From Longimicrobiales bacterium (lineage in GTDB: Bacteria; Gemmatimonadota; Gemmatimonadetes; Longimicrobiales; Gaopeijiaceae): a stretch of DNA of 64,000 bases. The notes beneath the pieces were generated by a model. That model searched no databases, was not told the origin of the DNA, and saw nothing but the letters and a program-made list of their open reading frames with translations. A program made the translations under genes and the position numbers. Below, piece after piece: positions 58,239-64,000 of the stretch. How positions within the stretch are numbered: the stretch's first letter is position 1; the number at the start of each line of letters is the position of its first letter. The DNA lies in contig JAWLHJ010000006.1 in assembly GCA_041690395.1 (NCBI GenBank), forward strand, positions 70,530 through 134,529, written 5' to 3'.

Positions 58239-58736
58239 TCAGTCTGGATGGAGAAGCCGCTCGAGAAGCTCCCGCTCGTAGTCGGAGGTCACGACCAGGA
58301 CGATCTCGAGCGGCGGCACGCCGGCTCGCACGTGCTCGGTGAGCACCTCCACGAGCCCGCGCGCCTCCTCCTCCGGATCCATGCTCCCGGCGCCAAGCCC
58401 CATGGGGGGCATCGCGAGCGAGCCGAGCTCCCAGTCGGCGGCACGGGCGAGGCCGTTACGGAGGGCCCGTTCCACGGACTGCCGGCTCTGCGGCTCGTCC
58501 GCGGCCATGACCACCGCGTGGATGATGAACGACGCCGAGAGGTCGCCTCCGGGTGTCAGGACCGCGCCCCCCACCGGAACCTGTCCGGTCGAGGCGAGTC
58601 GCTCCTCGACGGCCACTCCCGCACGGAGGCCGACGTCCCGGGACGCGGGTGTCACCGGCGCCAGGTCCGACCGGATGGGGCGGAGCACCGCGTCCACGGC
58701 CTGATCCGCGAGCGCGCCCACGACCACCCGGATCAC
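58239..58736 (-). CDS. Macro-domain protein (degenerate)
   Basis: IRVVVG.L, G.AVLTPGGDL.A.FIIHAV, SLAMPPMGLG; lacks canonical NAAN and GGG motifs. Confidence 0.8.
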   Translation of the reverse strand: MIRVVVGALADQAVDAVLRPIRSDLAPVTPASRDVGLRAGVAVEERLASTGQVPVGGAVLTPGGDLSASFIIHAVVMAADEPQSRQSVERALRNGLARAADWELGSLAMPPMGLGAGSMDPEEEARGLVEVLTEHVRAGVPPLEIVLVVTSDYERELLERLLHPD

Positions 58737-59488
58737 GGGTTCTGCAGCGAGCGGGCGCGTCGGTACATCGCCGCGGCATCCACCGGCTCGTGCCGACGGT
58801 CGTGCAGGTGTCCGAGCGTATAGAAGACCCGAGGATCGTCCGGCAGGAGCTCGGCCGCGCGCTTGAGCACCATGAACGCTTCGTCGTAGCGACCCAGCCG
58901 GTTCAGCGACTCCCCCCGGTAGTAATGCGCCGGCCCGTGATCAGGCTCCCGCTCGCAGGCCCACCGGAGCTCGGGCTCGGCCTGGGCGTACATCCCCCGG
59001 CGGAAGTGCAGGATTCCGAGCGCCGCCCGGACCTCGGGGTGGTCCGGGGCGATCCGCTGCGCGCGCCGGAGGACCGGCTCGGCCTCATGGAAGCGGGCCT
59101 GAGACGCCAGGCTGGTTCCGAGGTTGGTCAGCACGTCGACGTTATCCGGGTCGAGGCGCTCGGCGGCCTGCAGCTGTTGGGTCGCCTCGGAATGCCGTCC
59201 GAGCTCGTCGTAGAGCACGCCCAGATTGTGCCGCGCCTTCAGGTTCGCCGGGTCGCTCTCCAGGATCTCGACGTAGAGGGCCACCGCGTCGCGAATCCGT
59301 CCTGCCGCGACCAGTTCCTTGGCCGCTCCGAGCCGCTCGTCCTCGGGACGCCCGGCGGGAGGCGTGTCGGCGGGGGCGTCGACCGGCGCGTCGTCCGGGG
59401 CATCGGCACTCGCCTCACCCGCGTCCACTGCGGGGAGGTCACCCGTCTCGTCGGCGGGCGTCTCGGGAGTGGAGTCCGCGGCGCTCAT
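58733..59488 (-). CDS. Tetratricopeptide repeat protein
   Basis: Several TPRs (ARHNLGVLY, VLTNLG, AHYYRG, VFYTLG) after an acidic disordered N-terminus. Confidence 0.85.
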   Translation of the reverse strand: MSAADSTPETPADETGDLPAVDAGEASADAPDDAPVDAPADTPPAGRPEDERLGAAKELVAAGRIRDAVALYVEILESDPANLKARHNLGVLYDELGRHSEATQQLQAAERLDPDNVDVLTNLGTSLASQARFHEAEPVLRRAQRIAPDHPEVRAALGILHFRRGMYAQAEPELRWACEREPDHGPAHYYRGESLNRLGRYDEAFMVLKRAAELLPDDPRVFYTLGHLHDRRHEPVDAAAMYRRARSLQNP

Positions 59489-59817
59489 GCCGCCCCTCCG
59501 ACCGAGCCGAGGACCCAGTCGAGATACTCCCGCGATCCATCCCGCACGTCCAACGCCAGAACTTCGGGCGTGTCGTAGGGATGGAGCTCGACCACCCGCC
59601 TCCGCAGCGACTCGCAGCCCCGTGTCGACGTCTTGATCACCAACAGTACCTCCGCATCGGTCTCGACTTCTCCCTCCCACCGGTAGATCGACTTGATGGC
59701 CGGCACGACGTTGACGCACGCGGCGAGCCGCTCCTCGACGAGCGCCCGGCCCAACCGCTCGGCCGTGTCGCCGTCGGGGGCGGTCACGAGGACGACCGAA
59801 ACCTCCGAGTCACGCAT
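59485..59817 (-). CDS. cutA: Divalent-cation tolerance protein CutA
   Basis: LVEERLAACVN, SIYRWEG, HPYDTPE, YLDW. Confidence 0.93.
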   Translation of the reverse strand: MRDSEVSVVLVTAPDGDTAERLGRALVEERLAACVNVVPAIKSIYRWEGEVETDAEVLLVIKTSTRGCESLRRRVVELHPYDTPEVLALDVRDGSREYLDWVLGSVGGAA

Positions 59818-61651
59818 CAGTCGCATCCGCCGGCTCCACCTCGTAGAGCCCGTCGATGACCTCCTCCATGCGCTCCTGGATCTCCCTCCGCTTCACCTTG
59901 AGCGTCGGCGTCAGAAAGCCGTTCTCCACCGTGAGCTCCTCGGGGAGCAACGCCAGCTTCTTCGGCCGCTCGTACGACGCCAGATCGTCCAGCGCGCCGA
60001 GCGTCTCGCGCTCCATGTGCGCCACGACGTCGGGGTGCCGCACGAGCTCCTCGCGACCGTTCCAGCTCAGTCCCTTCTGCTTCGCCCATTCCTCGAGCGC
60101 AGCGAAGTCCGGCACGACCAGGAGCGACGGGTACTTCCGCCGGTCGCCGACGATGACCGCCTGCTCGACGAGCCTGTGCGTCTTGAGACGGTTCTCGATG
60201 GGCTGCGGCGCGATGTTCTTGCCACCGGCCGTGACGATGATGTCCTTCTTCCGGTCCGTGATCGAGAGGAAGCCGTCGTCGTCGATCTCACCGATGTCGC
60301 CAGTGGCGAACCAACCGTCCTCGTCGATGACGTCGCGGGTCGCCTCGGGATCGTCGAAGTACCCCTTCATGACCTGAGGTCCCCGGATGAGGATCTCACC
60401 GTCGTCGGCGATCCGGATCTCGGTACTCGCGAGGGGCTTCCCGACCGTCCCGATCCGGAAGTCCTCCTGGGTGTTCACGTTGGTCACCGGGCTGGTCTCC
60501 GTGAGACCGTAACCTTCGAGGATCGTGAGCCCGATCGAGTAGAAGAACCGGTTCAGCGCCGGCGCGAGCGGCCCGCCCCCGCTCACGAAGAAGCGGATCC
60601 GTCCACCGACCGCGGCCTTCACCTTGCGGAACACCAACTTGTCGGCAAGCCGGTACTGGAGACCGAGTAGGCCGGTCGGCCGACGTCCGGCCAGCCGGTC
60701 GTCCGCCACCCGGTCCGCCACGCCCGAGGCCCACCCGACGAGCATCTTCTTGATGCCGCGGGACGCCATGATCCCGTTGTAGATCTTCTCGTAGATGCGA
60801 GGGACGGACACGACCACGGTCGGCCGAATGACCTTGAGGTCGTCGACGAGCGTGTGGATGTCGCGGGGATACGCGATGCGGCATCCGACCCACATGAAGA
60901 GGTAGTCGCACATGCGCTGGAGGATATGCGACAACGGGAGGAAGCTGACCGTGTTGTCCGCCTCCGACACCTCGAGCGCCATGCGGCTGGCCCGCACGTT
61001 CGACGCGATGTTGTTGTGGGTCAGCATGACCCCCTTCGGCTTCCCCGTCGTCCCCGATGTGTAGAGGATGGTGGCGACGTCCCCGGGCTCCACCGAGAGC
61101 GCCCGCTCCCTGAACTCCTCGTCGGTCCACGCCTGCTCCCGCTCGCGACCCCGCTCGAGGAAGTCGGGCCAGGCCACCACGCCTTCGGGCTCGGAAGCGT
61201 CGGGGTCGAAGGCCACCACGGTGACGTCCTGCGGGCATCCGGCGGCGGCCTCGAGGGCCTTGTCGACCTGCTCCCTCGACGACGCAAAGACGACGCGAGC
61301 CCCCGAGTTCTCCAGGAGATAGGTGATCTGGCTCGCCGTCAGCGTCGGGTAGATCGGGACCGGGATCACCGCGGCGCAAAGGCACCCGTAGTCCACGAAG
61401 GCCCACTCGGGCCGGTTCTCCGCCAGGATCGCCACCCGCTCGCCGCGCTCGATACCCGATTCGTCGAGGGACGCCACGACGCTCCGCACGATCGACAGCG
61501 CCTCGTCGAAGGAGATGTCTTCGAGGACCCCCTCCGCCGGCATGCGCTGGAAGGCCACGAGCCCGGCGTGGCGGTCGACCGACTCGAAGAAGAGCTCGGT
61601 GAGGGTCGACTCGGGGACGGGCGTATCGTTCGAAGCCGAGGTGCGCGTCAT
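59810..61651 (-). CDS. fadD: Long-chain fatty acid-CoA ligase (AMP-binding)
   Basis: YTSGTTGKPKG, FLPLSH, EGYGLTET, GWFATGDIG, DRKKD. Confidence 0.9.
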   Translation of the reverse strand: MTRTSASNDTPVPESTLTELFFESVDRHAGLVAFQRMPAEGVLEDISFDEALSIVRSVVASLDESGIERGERVAILAENRPEWAFVDYGCLCAAVIPVPIYPTLTASQITYLLENSGARVVFASSREQVDKALEAAAGCPQDVTVVAFDPDASEPEGVVAWPDFLERGREREQAWTDEEFRERALSVEPGDVATILYTSGTTGKPKGVMLTHNNIASNVRASRMALEVSEADNTVSFLPLSHILQRMCDYLFMWVGCRIAYPRDIHTLVDDLKVIRPTVVVSVPRIYEKIYNGIMASRGIKKMLVGWASGVADRVADDRLAGRRPTGLLGLQYRLADKLVFRKVKAAVGGRIRFFVSGGGPLAPALNRFFYSIGLTILEGYGLTETSPVTNVNTQEDFRIGTVGKPLASTEIRIADDGEILIRGPQVMKGYFDDPEATRDVIDEDGWFATGDIGEIDDDGFLSITDRKKDIIVTAGGKNIAPQPIENRLKTHRLVEQAVIVGDRRKYPSLLVVPDFAALEEWAKQKGLSWNGREELVRHPDVVAHMERETLGALDDLASYERPKKLALLPEELTVENGFLTPTLKVKRREIQERMEEVIDGLYEVEPADATDA

Positions 61652-61694
61652 CGGGTGCCTGGTCGGGTCAGGTGGAGGAGCACGCGGGACCGCG

Positions 61695-62129
61695 TCAGGT
61701 CACGCCGGGGGCGTCGACCCGCACCTGGATGTCCGTGGCCGGGTCGAGCGAGTGCAGCACGCTGCAGTACTTGTCCCGCGACAGCTCGACGGCCCGCACG
61801 ACTTTGTCGACGTCTCCGGCCGCCGGTCCCCGGACGCTGCACACGAGCTCGATGCTCAGGTACCGGCGGGGCGGCTCCGGGGCGCGCTCCCCCACGACCT
61901 CGATCTCGATCCCCTCGAGGGGCACACGCGACTTCTCGAGGATCATCTTGATGTCGATCCCCATGCACCCAGCCAGCGAGAGGAGCAGGAGGTTCATGGG
62001 CGCGGCGCCTTCCTTGCCACTCCCGTCCACCGTGACGACCGGACCCTCGTCGGGGCCGCCGCGGAAAAGGAGATCTTGGCCGGCCCACGAGAGGCGGACA
62101 CGACGGATGTTCTTATTCGAAGAAGTCAT
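61695..62129 (-). CDS. OsmC/YhfA-family protein
   Basis: PMNLLLLSLAGC and SRDKYCSV Cys pair. Confidence 0.85.
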   Translation of the reverse strand: MTSSNKNIRRVRLSWAGQDLLFRGGPDEGPVVTVDGSGKEGAAPMNLLLLSLAGCMGIDIKMILEKSRVPLEGIEIEVVGERAPEPPRRYLSIELVCSVRGPAAGDVDKVVRAVELSRDKYCSVLHSLDPATDIQVRVDAPGVT

Positions 62130-62571
62130 CGGGTGGTGGCTGAGCGGGTGCGCGGTCATGCGCGTCGCCTCGCAGCTTCGCGAGGGTGCGGCGCGCATGG
62201 TCGACGTGCTGCTCCGTGTCCGGCCCGTCGGGCGGGTTGGACAGGAAGGCCTCGAGGTGCGGAATGCACTGCTCGGGGCGCTCGGAGTGCAGCAGGATGA
62301 ACGCCAGGCCGTAGTTCGCGCCGGGCGAGTCAGGGTGCTTCTGGAGGACGTGGCGGTACGTCTTGGCGGCCTCCTCGACCATCCCGATGCGCGTGTAGCA
62401 CATGGCGATCTGCTGGAGCACCACCGGATCTCCCGGCGCCTCCTTGAGCGCCAATCGAAACGACGTCAGCGCCTCGTGGATCTTGCCGGCGACGAGCAGA
62501 TCCTCGCCTTCCCGGTAGTAGTCGATCCGATCGGGGTCGTCGTCGTTGAAGAGCTTCTTCCAGAACGCCAT
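62113..62571 (-). CDS. Tetratricopeptide repeat protein
   Basis: TPR helices (YYREG...EAL, QQIAMCY, ANYGLAF). Confidence 0.8.
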   Translation of the reverse strand: MAFWKKLFNDDDPDRIDYYREGEDLLVAGKIHEALTSFRLALKEAPGDPVVLQQIAMCYTRIGMVEEAAKTYRHVLQKHPDSPGANYGLAFILLHSERPEQCIPHLEAFLSNPPDGPDTEQHVDHARRTLAKLRGDAHDRAPAQPPPDDFFE

Positions 62572-62687
62572 GCAATCGGGGGTGGGAAGGGGTCGGCCGG
62601 TCGCTCGGGACGCCGTCCGGAGCCGGCCGGAGAGCTAGGTGAAGGTAGACGAGCGCCGGGGTGCGACGCAACGCTCCACCACGCCCG

Positions 62688-63326
62688 TTAAGGCCGTGCC
62701 GCGACGACGGTTCCGGCTTCGCTGGCCATCACCTCGAGGCCGGCCGCCCGGAAGATCTCCCCGGTGGCGGCCTCATCGGCCCGAACCGCCACCACGCGCG
62801 CCCTCGGAGCCGCCACCCTCGCAGCGTCGTGGAGGGCCGCGGGTCCCAGCCGGGCGTCGACCGCCACCCCTCGGATCGAGCGGCTGAAGAGCGGGATTCC
62901 GGGCGCGGCCGCCATGCGGCTGACGCCGGCGACGCCCGGCCAACCCGCCAGGTCCGCGTCGATCGCTACCACGTGGACGCCCTCGACCCGACCCGCGAAC
63001 GCAGCTGCGTGCCGTGCCGGCTCGCCCGCGAGCACCAACGTGCCCGGGCCCTGCGCCACACCCACCAGGGCGACGAGCCGCTCGGCCTGGGCGTCGTCGT
63101 CCGGGCGCGCCTCGGGCCCACCCGCATACCCCGCCGGCAACGGACCACGTGGCGGAGAGCGCAGATCGGCGAAGCCCTCCCGCACCTGGAGCTGATCCCT
63201 GCAGTTGGGACAGCCGAAGGTCCCATCGATCACACGGCGGTCCTCCATGCGGTCCGCGAGCAGGATGAGCCCGAACTCGGGCCCACAGCGGGGACAGGTA
63301 AGACGGTCGGTGAGGAGGACGTGCAT
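62688..63326 (-). CDS. Trm112-like zinc-ribbon domain fused to a degenerate methyltransferase-like domain
   Basis: MHVLLTDRLTCPRC...GTFGCPNC...VREGFADL followed by a Rossmann-like region (VVAID, IPLFS.SI.GV). Confidence 0.7.
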   Translation of the reverse strand: MHVLLTDRLTCPRCGPEFGLILLADRMEDRRVIDGTFGCPNCRDQLQVREGFADLRSPPRGPLPAGYAGGPEARPDDDAQAERLVALVGVAQGPGTLVLAGEPARHAAAFAGRVEGVHVVAIDADLAGWPGVAGVSRMAAAPGIPLFSRSIRGVAVDARLGPAALHDAARVAAPRARVVAVRADEAATGEIFRAAGLEVMASEAGTVVAARP

Positions 63327-63337
63327 GGACCGCGGCG

Positions 63338-64000
63338 TCAGGCCCGCTCGATCTGGAGGAGCGGGATCCGCACGTGGTCCGGACGGGTGGCGACGAACAA
63401 CGCCGCCTCGGCGACGTCCTCCGGCCGGAGCATCCGGTCCCTCGAAGGCAGGGACGGATCGGCGTCCGGATCGAGGGGGTCCCACAGCTCGGTGTCGGTG
63501 GCCGCGGGCTCGAGCAGCGTCGCGCGGACACCCGTGCCACGGATCTCCTCCAGAAGCACCTCGTGCAGCCCACGAAGCCCGTACTTGCCCGTCGCGTAGG
63601 CGGCGTTGCCCGGGAGCGCTTTCCGTCCGGCCACGGAGCCCACGTTCAAGAACAGCCCGCTTCCACGCTCGAGCATCGGCGGGAGCAGGACCCGCATGAC
63701 GATGAACGGCCCTCGCACGTTGACCGCGAGTCCCCGCTCGAAGCTCGCCAGCGTCTCGGTGGCCAGCGCCTCCAGCGCGAACGAGCCCGCCGCGTTCACG
63801 ACGATGTCGGGCGCGCCGCCATGCTCCTCGACCCACCCGTCGAGCGCCTCCCAGAGCGCGACGTCGTCCGTCAGGTCGACGACCAGCGACGTGCCGCCGG
63901 TCGCTGCGGCGAGGTCTCTCAGGTCGGCCGCGCTGCGGCCCAGGCCGGTGACGCGCGCGCCGGCCTCCGCCAGCCGCTCCGCGATCCGCCTCCCGATGCC
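63338..64000 (-). CDS. Short-chain dehydrogenase/reductase (5' end outside window)
   Basis: GIGRRIA at the window edge, VNAAG, YATGK, LRPEDVA. Confidence 0.88.
   Translation of the reverse strand, partial: GIGRRIAERLAEAGARVTGLGRSAADLRDLAAATGGTSLVVDLTDDVALWEALDGWVEEHGGAPDIVVNAAGSFALEALATETLASFERGLAVNVRGPFIVMRVLLPPMLERGSGLFLNVGSVAGRKALPGNAAYATGKYGLRGLHEVLLEEIRGTGVRATLLEPAATDTELWDPLDPDADPSLPSRDRMLRPEDVAEAALFVATRPDHVRIPLLQIERA

Overview
GC-rich (~70%) bacterial chromosome segment, most likely Gemmatimonadota. This is inferred from the SusC/SusD pair in a high-GC genome, the Ig/TolB lipoproteins and the many lineage-style lipoproteins. From left to right it contains: an alpha-glucan/glycogen cluster (a tandem GH57-GH57 fusion running off the left edge and missing from the ORF track, glgA, glgB, glgP); a SusC/SusD pair; tRNA-Lys(CTT); and a five-gene multiheme cytochrome/porin operon (14.7-21.2 kb). 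The operon encodes a 9-heme lipoprotein, a 20-heme membrane-anchored protein whose N-terminus looks like a NapC/NrfH/CymA quinol dehydrogenase, a predicted beta-barrel, a 16-heme periplasmic cytochrome and a TPR lipoprotein, about 45 heme-binding motifs in all. It is the best candidate for an undescribed system: a self-contained quinone-pool-to-cell-surface electron conduit. Further right are central-metabolism genes, an atypical CcmH, a split TRAP transporter, phoB-phoR-pstSCAB-phoU, a TonB-dependent receptor plus beta-helix lipoprotein sharing 11-bp-periodic GTTAC repeats with pstS (candidate Pho boxes), a transglutaminase-ABC operon and housekeeping genes. No CRISPR array, rRNA, integrase or transposase was seen. 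All calls come from reading motifs by eye; no database searches were run.
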